Source: Felis catus (lineage: Eukaryota). Taken from it: a stretch of 64,000 nt of DNA. This document shows, one piece after another, positions 13,598-25,906 of this stretch. A model generated the notes under the pieces. It ran no database searches. It was not told the origin of the DNA and was given only the letters and a program-made list of their open reading frames with translations. Numbering within the stretch: the first letter of the stretch is position 1; the number at the start of each line of letters is the position of its first letter. The stretch covers positions 168,456,001-168,520,000 of the forward strand of contig NC_058368.1 of NCBI RefSeq assembly GCF_018350175.1, written 5' to 3'. A program made the translations under genes and the position numbers.

Positions 13598-15230
13598 ATG
13601 ACGAAATGGAAGAATTCCCCTCAAAAGAATTTCCAGGAAATAACAAGAGCTTGCAAACTGATCAAAAAGGATTTAAACAACAATCCTAAAATTCATACGG
13701 AACCACAGAAGGCCCCGAATAGCCAAAGTAATTTTGAAGAAGACCAAAGCAGGAGGCATCACAATCCCAGACTTTAGCCTCTACTACAAAGCTGTCATCA
13801 TCAAGACAGCATGGTATTGGCACACAAACTGACACATAGACCAATGGAATAGAATAGAAACCCCAGAACTAGACCCACAAACATATGGCCAACACATCTT
13901 TGACAAAGCAGGAAAGAATATCCAATGGAAAAAAGACAGTCTCTTTAACAAATGGTGCTGGGAGAACTGGACAGCAACATGCAGAAGATTGAAACTAGAC
14001 CACTTTCTCACACCATTCACAAAAACTAACTCAAAATGGATAAAGGACATGAATGTGAGCCAGGAAACCATCAAAACCCTAGAGGAGAAAGCAGGAAAAG
14101 ACCCCTCTGACCTCAGCTGCAGCAATTTCTTACTTGACACATCCCCAAAGACAAGGGAATTAAAAGCAAAAATGAACTATTGGGACCTCATGAAGATAAA
14201 AAGCTTCTGCACAGCAAAGGAAACAACAAAACTAAAAGTCAGCCAACGGAATGGGAAAAGATATTCGCAAATGACATATCAGACAAAGGGCTAGTATCCA
14301 AAATCTATAAAGAGCTCACCAAACTCCACACCCAAAAAACAAATAACCCAGTGAAGAAATGGGCAGAAAACATGAAAAGACGCTTCTCTGAAGAAGACAT
14401 CTGCATGGCCAACAGGCACATGAAAAGATGCTCAACGTCGCTCCTCATCAGGGAAATACAAATCAAAACCACACTCAGATATCACCTGACGCCAGTCAGA
14501 GTGGCCAAAATGAACAAATCAGGAGACTATAGATGCTGGAGAGGATGTGGAGAAACGGGAACCCTCTTGCACTGTTGGTGGGAATGCAAACTGGTGCAGC
14601 CACTCTGGAAAGCAGTATGGAGGTTCCTCAAAAAATTAAAAATAGACCTACCCTATGACCCAGCAATAACACTGCTAGGAATTTATCCAAGGGATACAGG
14701 AGTACTGATGCATAGGGGCACTTGTACCCCAATGTTTATAGCAGCACTCTCAACAATAGCCAAATTATGGAAAGAGCCTACATGTCCATCACCTGATGAA
14801 TGGATAAAGAAATTGTGGTTTATACACACAATGGAATACTACGTGTCAATGAGAAAGAATGAAATATGGCCCTTTGTAGCAACGTGGATGGAACTGGAGA
14901 GTGTTATGCTAAGTGAAATAAGCCATACAGAGAAAGACAGATACCATATGTTTTCACTCGTATGTAGATCTTGAGAAACTTAACAGAAACCCATGGGGAG
15001 GGGAAGGAAAAATAAAAGAGGTTAGAGTGGGATAGAGCCAAAGTATAAGAGACTCTTAAAAACAGAACAAAGTGAGGGTTGATGGGGGGTGGGAGGGAGG
15101 GGAGGGTGGGTGATGGGTATTGAGGAGGGCACCTCTTGGGATGAGCACTGGGTGTTGTATGGAAACCAAGTTGACAATAAATTGCATATATTGAAATAAA
15201 TAATTAAATAAACAAACAAATAAATAAATA

Positions 15231-15300
15231 GAAAAGAAAAGAAAAGAAAAGAAAAGAAAAGAAAAGAAAAGAAAAGAAAAGAAAAGAAAAGAAAAGAAAA
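15231..15300 (+). repeat. (GAAAA)14 microsatellite derived from the L1 poly(A) tail
   Basis: Directly visible. Confidence 0.95.
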
Positions 15301-16940
15301 CAGATTCTTTGCCAGACTGGTCATATTTGGAAGACATTTTCATATTATAATCATTGTTTTGTGTGTGCATGTTCCTTACTACTGTATATATAGTTGATGG
15401 TGCTGAGTGCTTTATTAAATATCTTATCTTTCTAGATGTTCTGAAGTGCCTGATATGTGTTGAAAATAGAGATTATAAAATCTCACATTTTGTCAATACA
15501 TTTTTATTAAAATTCACATGCAATATTGTTTTGGGGGGGTAGAGAAAATATCTCTTTAAGCAGGAAAATTGTATTTGTGCACTGTTCTGGGGAGGGAGAG
15601 GAAATGCAGAGACCACTATTCCACTCTGTTTATAGTGGGGCAAAATTAACCATTGTTCCTTATGTCTGTGCATTTTTTATTACTCTACAGGATATATAGT
15701 GTATAAAATAGACAATTGAGTTGTAATTTATAATATCCAGCCTTTCTAGATGTTCAAAGATGTTGCCAGTCTATGACAAAAGTAGAGTTAGTAAACTAAC
15801 ACATTTTGAAAAATTTGTGCTAAAATTCCAAGGAAAGATTGTCTTCTGAAAATTTGAGCATTACAGTCCCCTGGGTTAGTGGAAGAGGGAGAGAAAGGAA
15901 GGATTTTAGGCCAGAATGTTCACATTTTGAAGACATTTTCATATAATAATTGTCATTACATGTGTGTGGTTTATTCAAGACTGCTGTGTATTCAGTTGGC
16001 AGATGAAGTCTTTATTTGAAACATCTAGTAGAAATACTGGATGCATGTTAAATGTAGAGGAGGTAGTAAAGTAGCACTTTGTAAATTTTTTTTTGCTAAA
16101 ATTCATAGGAAATATTGTCTTTTGGGAATGAAATTGTTAAATCACCTGTGTGAGCATTGTACTACTATTTGTACTGGTTCAACGGTTTGAAGGAAGTGGG
16201 AAGGAACGAATTTCAAAAGTTAATAGGCTAATGTTTTCATCAACATTCCCAACAAAACTGTTTTTCTGTATGTTATGTGCATTTTTTGGGCTGTATATAG
16301 TTTAACTAATGAACAAACAAATCCTGATATTGCAATGTCTAGTCTCTAGATGTTAAAGAGCTTACCAGTATATGACAAAGTAGTAAAATTAGCACATTTT
16401 GTACCTTTTGTCTTGAAATTCAGAGAAAAGCTTGTCTTTTGTAAATGGCTTTTGGATATAAATTTGTTGCATCACCTCTAAGCATTACACATGCCTGTGC
16501 TTGTCTACTGGATTGGTGGAAAAGATAGGGAAGTGAGGAGGGAATGTTATAAGGCCAAAATGGTTATATTTAGAAGATACATCAGATTATAACCATTGTT
16601 AAATGCATGCAGTTTTCTTTAACAGTGCTGTATACCTAGTGGGTAAATAAGCTTTTGTGTGAAAAATGTAGTCTTTTTAGATATTTATAAGTGCTTAATG
16701 GATTTAAAATCAGAAGTAGTAGAATAACACTTTTTGTAAACAGCCTTAAAAACTTGATGGAAAATGTAGTCTTTAGAAATGGCATTCTAAACCACCTCAG
16801 TGGACAGTACACTCTCTGTACTTGTTCATTGGGTTAAAGGAGGCAGGAGGAAAGAAGGCGTTTTGCTAGTATGTCTTAGAAAATTTCAGTTTATTCATTG
16901 CCCTATTTGTTATGTTCATTTTATTTAACTTTACTGTGCA
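15301..16940 (+). pseudogene. NORAD: fragment of a NORAD (LINC00657) lncRNA paralog/retrocopy, internal repeat-unit region
   Basis: Degenerate tandem units: gccaga.tg.tca.attt.gaaga at 15311, 15910 and 16554; tctagatgtt at 15431, 15745 and 16345. Long stretches match recalled human NORAD, e.g. 'gttgccagt.tatgacaaaagtagagttagtaaactaa', 'aggaaagattgtcttctgaaaatttgagcatt', 'ctctaagcattacac.tgcctgt.cttgtc.actggatt'. PREs TGTATATA at 15383 and 16292. No 5' CpG promoter region or poly(A) of NORAD is visible. Confidence 0.88.
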
Positions 16941-17096
16941 ATTATTTCTACCTACCTCTCTGTCCTTCTCTGGTTACTACATCCTGATAGAATCTCAGAA
17001 TCATCTTCTCAATTTCCATTTCGTGTGCCCCACAGAAGTTCAGGTGACTTGGTTAGCACTGCACATTCCCAAATTTATAGTAACGGGTTCAGAGGT

Positions 17097-17098
<2 letters not shown>

Positions 17099-17134
<36 letters not shown>
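17099..17134. repeat. (AC)n microsatellite
   Basis: Directly visible. Confidence 0.95.
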
Positions 17135-17138
<4 letters not shown>

Positions 17139-17354
17139 AGAGCTGCTGAAATGTAATCAGACTTTGTGCTGGGTCTGCTGACAGGGAGGTATATTTTTTT
17201 TTCTGTTAATACTTGCACCTGGAAGATGGTTGGCCTGTAATTATTTTTGCCATCTTGTCACCATCTAGAAGCTAAGAATGAAGAAACAGGGACAAGAGCA
17301 GAGCCACAAAACGTTGGAGACACACTAGGTTCCAATGGCATTACTTCTCTCTCT

Positions 17355-17468
17355 TTTTTAATTACAGAATAGCTAACATACAGTGTTATATTAGTTTCAT
17401 GTGTACAAGGTAGTGATTCAACAGTTCTACATATTACTCAGTGCTCACCATGTTAAGTGCACTCTTAT
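17355..17468 (-). mobile_element. short carnivore L1 3'-end fragment
   Basis: 'taacatacagtgttatattagtttca...gtgattcaacagttctacatattactcagtgctca' is homologous to the L1 end at 48200-48290. Confidence 0.75.
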
Positions 17469-17769
17469 CCTGTTTCATTTTCTTCATATAGCTGTTTCTA
17501 AAGCCAGATCTGCATTGGACCTTTCAGACACAAGAAACAATAATTTCCTTTGTTTGTGTAAACTACTTTGGGGTTGAATTTTCTGAAACTTGTAACCAAA
17601 AGAGTTATGAACAATCAACTGAACAAAATGATGATTTGCTAAGAAACAAAAAGCCAAATAGTGCGTTTTTTTTTTTCTTGTCCTGACTCCTGAAAGAGAG
17701 GTCAACACAAAGTTTCTGAAAGTCTGAGCACATCTACCAGGGGGAAGTTAAGTGTTTTTCTGTTTCAGG

Positions 17770-18213
17770 CTCACTGAAGAGGCTTGCACTAGAACAATAA
17801 TAATCATTTATTATCTCTCATGGTTTCTGTGAGTGTAGATGACCTGTCTCTGCTCCATAATCTTCAGAGCTTCAGGTGCAAGGTTTGAAACTCACCAGCT
17901 AGAGTCTTCTGAAGGTTATTTATTCACATGTTTAGTGGATGATCCTGGCTATTGGCTGAAGACCTAGCTGAGGTTGTAGGCCCATAGGCCCACGTGTGGC
18001 CTCTCTATATAGTTTGGGTTTCCTTACAACATGGTGGTGACTGGTTTTCAATGGCAAGCATCCTGAAAGACCAAGCAGAAGTCACAGAGCATTATTTCTA
18101 CCACATGTTGTTAGAAGTGAGTCCTGCCTATAATCAAGGAGAGGAGAATTAGATTCCATCTTCTGAAAGGAGGAGTGTCAAAGATTTTGTAGATATATTT
18201 TGAAACAGCCACA
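17770..18213 (-). mobile_element. MaLR (MLT1-type) LTR
   Basis: 'catttattatctctcatggtttctgtg', 'ggcctctctatatagtttgggtttccttacaacatggtgg', 'ggaggagtgtcaaagattttgtagatatattttgaaacagccaca'. Confidence 0.7.
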
Positions 18214-20474
18214 GATGAGCAGGGAGAAGAACTTCCCTGATACTAGGGAGAACTGTGACTACGGAAATTGTCACTAGGGAAAAAAGTGTATTTTTTTTTT
18301 TGATAACCACTTCCATTCAGATTTCTCATGTGTATTTAGGCATGATTGGGAGAAATGATGTGGGCTTTTGTATTGGCTTTTCTATGCATTTTTCAAAGTG
18401 AACTGTTGGGGATACTGTGTAGTCATTATGATTTAAGTTTTTGAAGACCATTCAACATGAAGGAAAACTATTATGAAACATTACATGAAAAACAGAGCAT
18501 AAGATTTTGTTTACACTTGGTAACTATGACAAATTTGCCAATGTGTATGAATAAAAACTGGAAAGGAACTCAAAGTTTTATTTGTTTGGGTGTCAAGATA
18601 GTGGAGGCACATTTCTCACATTTTCATTTCCATTGTCTTTGCTTGAACCATGAATATTCATTTAAGAAGTTGTTTGTTAATTTTAAAATTGTGCTGAAAA
18701 AGTTGCTTTGCTCAGTCATGAGTGGCATAGTCACTTAAAGAAGTGATTCTCCTTTGTTTAGGTGAAAACATGGGGCATGTTTCCTGATTAGGTAAAGCAT
18801 GTTAAAAAGAATGGGCTTGGTATCATTAAGTCAGAGAATAGAGATTTCTATAAAATTTAGAAATCAAATGAAATCTGTAAGTTGTAGAATATATACCCCC
18901 AAATTTTTAAAGTGCCCTTTAAAATAGTATCATAAAAAGAACAGAGTTATATGTGATTTTTCTTTTTTTGTTCAAGTATAATTAAAACACAGTGTTATAT
19001 TAGTTTCAGATGTAAAATATAATGATTCCATTCTATACATTTGGGTACAAACAAAAACAAGTGCATTTTTGACACTAGCTTTTATGAAAAGAGTATATGA
19101 TGCCGGGCAATGGTTGCTGGGCTGATTCAGTAACCACTAAGCCAAATTGCAAATTAGATGGATCAATCAAAATGGAAAGAAAGATGTCCCAGTGAGGCTC
19201 TGACTTGTACATTATACAAAAAAGAAATAGAGAATAATGTATTTTTTGGACAACTTCCTCCCAATGTCAGTTGAGTAAAGAGCATATTTCAAATCTTTTT
19301 TCAGAATATGTGCCAAAGTATGCTCAAAAGGTGCATTTTGGAAGAAAATGTTATGCCTTTGTGATATTTGCAAATTCTGGAGAAGTGACACTTGCTCGTC
19401 AGAAATGTACATATAGGACTTATGAAGGCTGAAAGCTGATTTTGAATATGGCACATGTTTCCCATAGAAATTATATGCATGCAAAATGACAGGATCTGAG
19501 GAAGAAAGGACTAGTTATATGTAAAATTGTTTAACTGCAAGTGACATTGATGTAGTGTAACTTCAGGAACAGTCTGGACTCCCATGAATACCATAAATGT
19601 GGAGCACTAGAGCTTTCAGATGAAAGAACTTGGATAATTGCTCCCCTGCTCCAGAAATAGTGGAAAACATTTTGAAAAGAGAGCCAAGTTAATTATCTAT
19701 AGTCTGACTTATACATCCTATTTATTTGTCCCCCAGGACTTCCCAACAGCTCCTATAGGCCATCTCACTGTCCCCAAGACAGCCATGAATGAGAAAAAGG
19801 ACAGCTAGAGAAGTCTCTAACTTAGGCAAGAGTTCACCTGGTCAGCTGAATGAACATATGGCAGAGACTCATGTCTATGCCCACATCGTGCCTAGGACAG
19901 ATTGAGAAGTCAGTCAATGTGTTGAATTAAACACTTGGTATTAAACTCAATTGAATTTTTCAAAATGACAGCAAAGCTGCCCTGACTCACAGACCACCAG
20001 GCCAAGAACATTCTTCTTATGAAGTCAACCCCAGTTCAAAGAGGACAACCGAGATACTAAATCTAACCTCTCTTTTTCAAACTGTTCTCCTCACTTTGCA
20101 GAGGGCATAGGCTTTATGTCCATTGTGGCAAGGAAAGCCCCTGCTTAAGCAGAGTGTCCAGAGATCCTATTTGAGGGGCCATTATTCAAACTGTTAAGCC
20201 ACAGTGACTCATATCTTTGCATTGCCAATGTGAAATGAAGGCTGAAATGTGAAGCTGAGAAAAGCAATCAGCAAGAGTGTGAAAAGCATGCAGATGGCAA
20301 AGATGCCGACAATAAACCTCGTCGTGATACCAATAGTTTCAATTCATGTAGGCAGAGAAGTGCAGGCATATGATGAATATGAATGTAATTTCCTTGCCCA
20401 GTCACTTAGCAACCTCAACATGCTGCCTCAACATGGGGGAAGAAAGAACTTCCCACTGCAAATCTTTATGTACT

Positions 20475-20549
20475 GAAAGAAAGAAAAGAAAAGAAAAGAA
20501 AAGAAAAGAAAAGAAAAGAAAAGAAAAGAAAAGAAAAGAAAGAAGAAAG

Positions 20550-20604
<55 letters not shown>

Positions 20605-20642
20605 GAAAGAAGGAAAAGAAAGAAGAAGAAAGAAAGAAAGAA
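20475..20642. repeat. compound (GAAAA)n/(GAAA)n polypurine microsatellite
   Basis: About 168 nt containing only A and G. Confidence 0.97.
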
Positions 20643-21892
20643 CCACTAGTAAATCTTTCCAGAAAAGTCTAGGATCCTAAGTTGGCTCATTGGTGGGTCA
20701 AAGAGTTGACCATGAATGAAAAAGACCAATATACAAAATCAGGGTGGAAGAACATCAGAAGAAAAATCAGAATCACCCTTTCTTAATATTTTAAGTAACT
20801 GGCATGCTCTTGAACAGAGCTTTACTTCCACACACTTAGAAATTTCAAAATACATTTACTATAAGACAGAATTAATTCCCTGCTCTAAGTCAGGTTAAAC
20901 ACAATTCATTGGGGATGACTAAGGGAATGAATTTGTTTCAAAATATTAATGCTACAGATGGAATATCCAAGTCAATTTTGTAAGTGAGGATTGGGGGGGG
21001 GAGTTCTAAATTTTCTCTTAGATAACTGGGTCAAGAAATCTCATTTTAAAGAGATACTGGAGAACATCCAGCCAACCCTTTCATTAGGCTCATCGTTCTG
21101 TCATTCTTTTTGACCACATGCTTTCCTCTGCCATTTTTCCTCCTAAATAAAAATAACCCTGAATATCCAGTTCATCTGGAATAAGCAATTTGGCCAAACA
21201 CTAAGCTGTTAGTATCCATTATACTTAAAAGCTTAATAATGAGATAAGTGAGCTAAAAAAGAAAAATAAACAATTCTATTACCACCCATACTTACCTGAG
21301 TCCAATTTCCCATAACTGGATTAAGGTTAACTGAAAAGAAAGTTAAAGACAAAATTAATTTTAGGGTTGAAGACATTTTAGTAAAGCACTTCTGAAACAT
21401 ATGACCTACAAAAGAAGGATCTTCATTATGGATAATTAGTATCCAAGTTTTAAAATCTGGCTTCTAGAAACACACTCTTCTGCCAAAGCTAGGATACTTA
21501 GAGAGCTGCTGTTTGGCTCCATCTTTTTTTTAAATACCAGTCAGGACACAGGCTGTTTGATATCAATGCTGTGATATCACTTCTCTTTGATAGAATTCCG
21601 GTCCATGTTCAAACTTATTAGAGCTTCCATGGAAAAGTAAAATGTAAAAATGTTAATTTTAATAATCTAATTGTATGTCTTTTGTCTTTTTGGGTTTCTG
21701 TTTTCTCTAAAGAAAATTTTCAAGTTTTGTCTAATCAAAAATCTGTTTGGATATTCAATAAAAGAAAATGAAAAAAAATAGGCAAGTGGAGAGGATAATA
21801 GTGCCTTTAAAATTGTAATCATAGAAGACTGGTCAGATTTTGTTTTAGTTGCACAATGAAACACTATGTAGTCATTTAAAATGATCCATATA

Positions 21893-22104
21893 GGGGCACC
21901 TAGGTGGCTCAGTTGGTTCAGCATCCAGCTCTTAACTTTGGCTCAGGTCATGATCCCAGGTCATGGGATCAAGGCCTGTCCTGGGCTCTTCCACTGAGTG
22001 TGGAGCCTGCTTGAGATTCTCTCTCTCCCCCTTTGTCCCTGCTTGCACTGTCTCTAAAAATAAAAAAATAAAAAAATAAAAATTAAAAAACCTATAAAAA
22101 TAAA
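21893..22104 (+). mobile_element. Can-SINE
   Basis: ggggcacctaggtggctcag head. TSD aaaatgatccatata at 21878-21892 and 22105-22119. Confidence 0.93.
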
Positions 22105-22157
22105 AAAATGATCCATATATATGTTTATTGAAATTAAAGAGATTTTTTTGCACAGCA

Positions 22158-22280
22158 TCATGGGATCAAACACCATGTTGGGCTCTGCACTGAGTGTGGA
22201 GCCTGCTTAAGATTCTCTCTCTTTCTCCTTCTGCCCTTCTTCCCCACTCTGTCTTTCTCTCTCTAAAATAAAAAAAAAAA
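22158..22280 (+). mobile_element. 5'-truncated Can-SINE
   Basis: tcatgggatcaaa...gggctctgcactgagtgtggagcctgcttaagattctctct, then A tail. No head. Confidence 0.8.
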
Positions 22281-23242
22281 TCTGTTGTATTATATATAAA
22301 ACAAAATTATAAAATCTGATATATTAACAACAACAACAACAGAAAACCTGTTACCCCTCATTGATTGGGGATGAAGGGGAAAGATCCTATTTGCTACCTT
22401 TGGAGGGCCAATAGCACCATTCCTTATTCTGAAAATTGGGAATGAAAGAGAAAAAAGCAAAGACTTACTAGATCTTTTTAAGAGAAACTATTGTTTATCC
22501 CCAGTTTAGAGAAAGTTCTTTATTACAGAACAACATCAGCTAATAAATATGGAATAAGTGAAATAGAAAAATCACCATTTTGTGGCCCCATTTGAAATAA
22601 TATTACCAGTAAAAATCATCAATGAATGCTAAAATCATGAGATGAAAAGTTGTGAGGAGCAGAATATGTTAAGGGTCCTAAAATATTATTCCATGGATTA
22701 TTTGTTAATTGCAAAGGAGATAACATGCATTTCCAATGGAGATATCTGGTGATCATCACCTTACCTGAGATTTCAAACCTAATATTACTGATAGCAGGGA
22801 ACCGTGACATTTTGTGCCTCCTGATGTGATTCATTCTGAGGTATATAGTATAACATATAGAGTATTCACACCAAACATTTAACCTCAACCCAATCAAAGT
22901 TTAATCCTTACTGCCTGTATGCAGAATATAATGTTGACAGAGAATAAACTAAATGACATCAAGAACAATCAGGAAAATCCAAAAATGTAATAAGGCATTA
23001 TTCTAGAAGACAACTCATTTGATTTCTTAAAAAGTTAATGTCAGAGAAGCAAAGGGTAGAGAGCTTAATATACACACACATGCACATACACAAACGCATA
23101 AACATACACATATATATTATAAAGACAAGTGGATAAATTCGAATGTAGAGTGGAATGAAGATGATATAGAATTTCTGTCAATTTTCTTAGGTTTGATAAT
23201 GGTTTTATGATTATGTAGGAGAATGTCATCACTATGAGTTAC

Positions 23243-23531
23243 TGAGGATGATCGACTGTCCTGAGCGGGGTTCTCAAGACACAGGGCATTCAGTTTAAAA
23301 ACTAGGACAATTGGGCACCTGGCTGGCTCAGTTGGTTGGGCATCAGACTTTGGCTCAGGTCATGATCTCATGTTTTGTGAGTTCGAGCACCACATGGACT
23401 TGATGCTATCAGCCTGTCAGCATGGAACCCACTTGGGATCCTCTGTCCTCCTCTTTCCTCTCAAAAAATAAATAAAACATTTAAAAAACCTAGGAAAATC
23501 AATGGCAAATGAGGATAAACTGATCACATTG
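23243..23531. mobile_element. MER94-like hAT MITE split by a SINE
   Basis: Left half aggatgatcgactgtcc...ttcagtttaaaaactaggaca; right half ggcaaatgaggataaactgatcacatt. Resembles the recalled MER94 consensus. Confidence 0.5.
23313..23483 (+). mobile_element. Can-SINE
   Basis: gggcacctggctggctcag head. Degenerate TSD aaaaactaggacaat / aaaacctaggaaaat. Confidence 0.9.
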
Positions 23532-23865
23532 TATCCATGAAAGAATTTAGGGGTGAGGTAACATGGTATCTGCAATTGATTTTCAAATGGCTTAGCAAAA
23601 TATACATATATACATATGTAGACATAGATAAAAACAAAGGTAGTAAAATGTTAACAATTATTGTGTTTGGATGGTATATAATTACCAAATTTGGGTAGTG
23701 TGTGTAAGATTATTATCACTCTACTCTTTCACCATTTGTGTATGTTTGAAATCTTTGGATTAAAATGTTGGAAAAATAGGCTTACATAAAAAAAGGTAAT
23801 GCAAATTTGAAAACAGGATTAAGGTTCTAATAGAACTAAATTTATTTTTTAAAATTCTAGAAACT

Positions 23866-24030
23866 GGAATGCCTGGGTGGCTCAGGCAGTTAAGCTTCCA
23901 ACTTCAGCTCAGGTCATGATCTCATAGTTCATGAGTTTGAGCCTGATTAGCACAGAGACCGCTTCAGATCCTCTGTCTCCCTCTCTCTCTGCTCCTCCCC
24001 CCACCTCAAAAATAAATAAACATTTAAAAA
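23866..24030 (+). mobile_element. Can-SINE whose 3' TSD is displaced by the L1 insertion
   Basis: ggaatgcctgggtggctcag head, CT tract, A tail. TSD aaaattctagaaactg (23851-23866) / aaaatactagaaactg (29960-29975). Confidence 0.92.
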
Positions 24031-24967
24031 ATACTAGAGATAGGAGGAAGATGGTGGCGTAGGAGGACGCTGGGCTCACTGCGCGTCCTGCTGATCACTT
24101 AGATTCCACCTACACCTGCCTAAATAACCCAGAAAACCGCCAGAGGATTAGCAGAACGGAGTCTCCAGAGCCAAGTGCAGACGAGAGGCCCACGGAAGAG
24201 GGTAGGAAGGGCGGCGAGGCGGTGCGAGCTCCACGGACTGGCGGGAGGGAGCCGGGGTGGAGGGGCAGCTCGCAGGCCAAGCAGAGCCCCCGAGTCTGGC
24301 TTGCAAAAGCGGAGGGGCCGGACGGACAGAGTGTGTTCCTACAGCAAGCGCGACTTAGCATCTGGGAGGTCATAAGTTAACAGCTCTGCTCAGAAAGCGG
24401 GAAAGCTGGAGGACAAAGGGAGGGAGAGCTGCTGAGCCCCGGAGACAGAGCTCAGTTTGGTGGGGAACAAAGGCGCTCACCAGCTCCATCTCCCCCGCCC
24501 ATCCCCCAGCCAAAATCCCAAAGGGAACCAGTTCCTGCCAGGGAACTTGCTCGCTCCGCGCAAACACCCAACTCTGTGCTTCTGCAGAGCCAAACCTCCG
24601 GCAGCGGATCTGACTCCCTCCCGCTGCCACAGGGCCCCTCCTGAAGTGGATCACCTAAGGAGAAGTGAGCTAAGCCTGCCCCTCCTGCCCCCGTGCACCT
24701 TGCCTACCCACCCCAGCTAATACACCAGATCCCCAGCATCACAAGCCTGGCAGTGTGCAAGTAGCCCAGACGGGCCATGCCACCCCACAGTGAATCCCAC
24801 CCCTAGGAGAGGGGAAGAGAAGGCACACACCAGTCTGACTGTGGCCCCAGCGGTGGGCTGGGGGCAGACATCAGGACTGACTGCGGCCCCGCCCACCATC
24901 TCCAGTTATACACCACAGCACAGGGGAAGGGCCCTGCAGGTCCTCACCACGCCAGGGACTATCCAAA

Positions 24968-25856
24968 ATGACCAAGCAGAAGAATTCCCCTCAGAAGAAT
25001 CTCCAGGAAATAACAACAGCTAATGAGCTGATCAAAAAAGATTTAAATAATATAACAGAAAGTGAATTTAGAATAATAGTCATAAAATTAATCGCTGGGC
25101 TTGAAAACAGTATACAGGACAGCAGAGAATCTCTTGCTACAGAGATCAAGGGACTAAGGAACAGTCACGAGGAGCTGAAAAGCGCTTTAAACGAAATGCA
25201 AAACAAAATGGAAACGACAACAGCTCGGCTTGAAGAGGCAGAGGAGAGAATAGGTGAACTAGAATATAAAGTTATGAAAAAGAGGAAGCTGAGAGAAAGA
25301 TAAAAAAATCCAGGAGTATGAGGGGAAAATTAGAGAACTAAGTGATACACTAAAAAGAAATAATATACGCATAATTGGTGTCCCAGAGGAGGAAGAGAGA
25401 GGGAAAGGTGCTGAAAGGGTACTTGAAGAAATAATAGCTGAGAACTTCCCTGAACTGGGGAAGGAAAAAGGCATTGAAATCCAAGAGGCACAGAGAACTC
25501 CCTTCAGACGTAACTTGAATCGATATTCTGCACGACATATCATAGTGAAACTGGCAAAATACAAGGATAAAGAGAAAATTCTGAAAGCAGCAAGGGATAA
25601 ACGTGCCCTCACATATAAAGGGAGACCTATAAGACTCATGACTGATCTCTCTTTTGAAACTTGGCAGGCCAGAAAGGATTGGCACGGTATTTTCAGTGTG
25701 CTAAACAGGAAAAATATGCAGCCAAGAATCCTTTATCCAGCAAGTCTGTCATTTAGAATAGAAGGAGAGATAAAGGTTTTCCCAAACAAACAAAAACTGA
25801 AGGAATTTGTCACCACTAAACCAGCCCTACAAGAGATCCTAAGGGGTATCCTGTGA
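24968..25856 (+). pseudogene. L1 ORF1p (coiled coil, RRM, CTD), frameshifted
   Basis: MTKQKNSPQK... coiled-coil heptads; later NIRIIGVPE, ARHIIVKL, REKILKAAR-like and YPASLSF motifs. Frameshift near 25280. Confidence 0.93.
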
Positions 25857-25906
25857 GACAAAGTACAAGAGACATCACTACAAGCATAAAACATACAGAC
25901 ATCACA

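Larger units (their letters stand above)
12689..15300 (+). mobile_element. LINE-1 (felid-type) with complete 5'UTR and about 3.4 kb internal deletion
   Basis: GC-rich 5'UTR collinear with 24039-24967. ORF1 ATG at 13598 runs about 27 codons, then jumps at 13680/13681 into the last third of ORF2. G-rich 3'UTR, AATAAA, and a (TAAA)n(GAAAA)n tail follow. Confidence 0.97.
22330..23775 (+). mobile_element. old L1M (L1MC/ME-like) 3'UTR remnants, interrupted
   Basis: 'gaatttctgtcaattttcttaggtttgataatggt', 'gaatttaggggtgaggtaacatggtatctgcaattgattttcaaatgg', 'aaaatgttaacaattattg' are typical old L1 3' motifs. Confidence 0.6.

Noticed and set aside
16201..16213. aaggaacgaattt as a distant TSD partner of 12676-12688 (would imply 3' transduction)
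   Set aside because: One mismatch, no preceding poly(A), and NORAD similarity continues uninterrupted through it.
15301..16940. The functional NORAD locus itself
   Set aside because: Only about 1.6 kb of internal units, no CpG-rich 5' end, most PRE-like sites degenerate, and bounded by L1 and unrelated DNA.
20370..20672. Lys/Arg/Glu-rich ORF
   Set aside because: Translation of the GAAA microsatellite.
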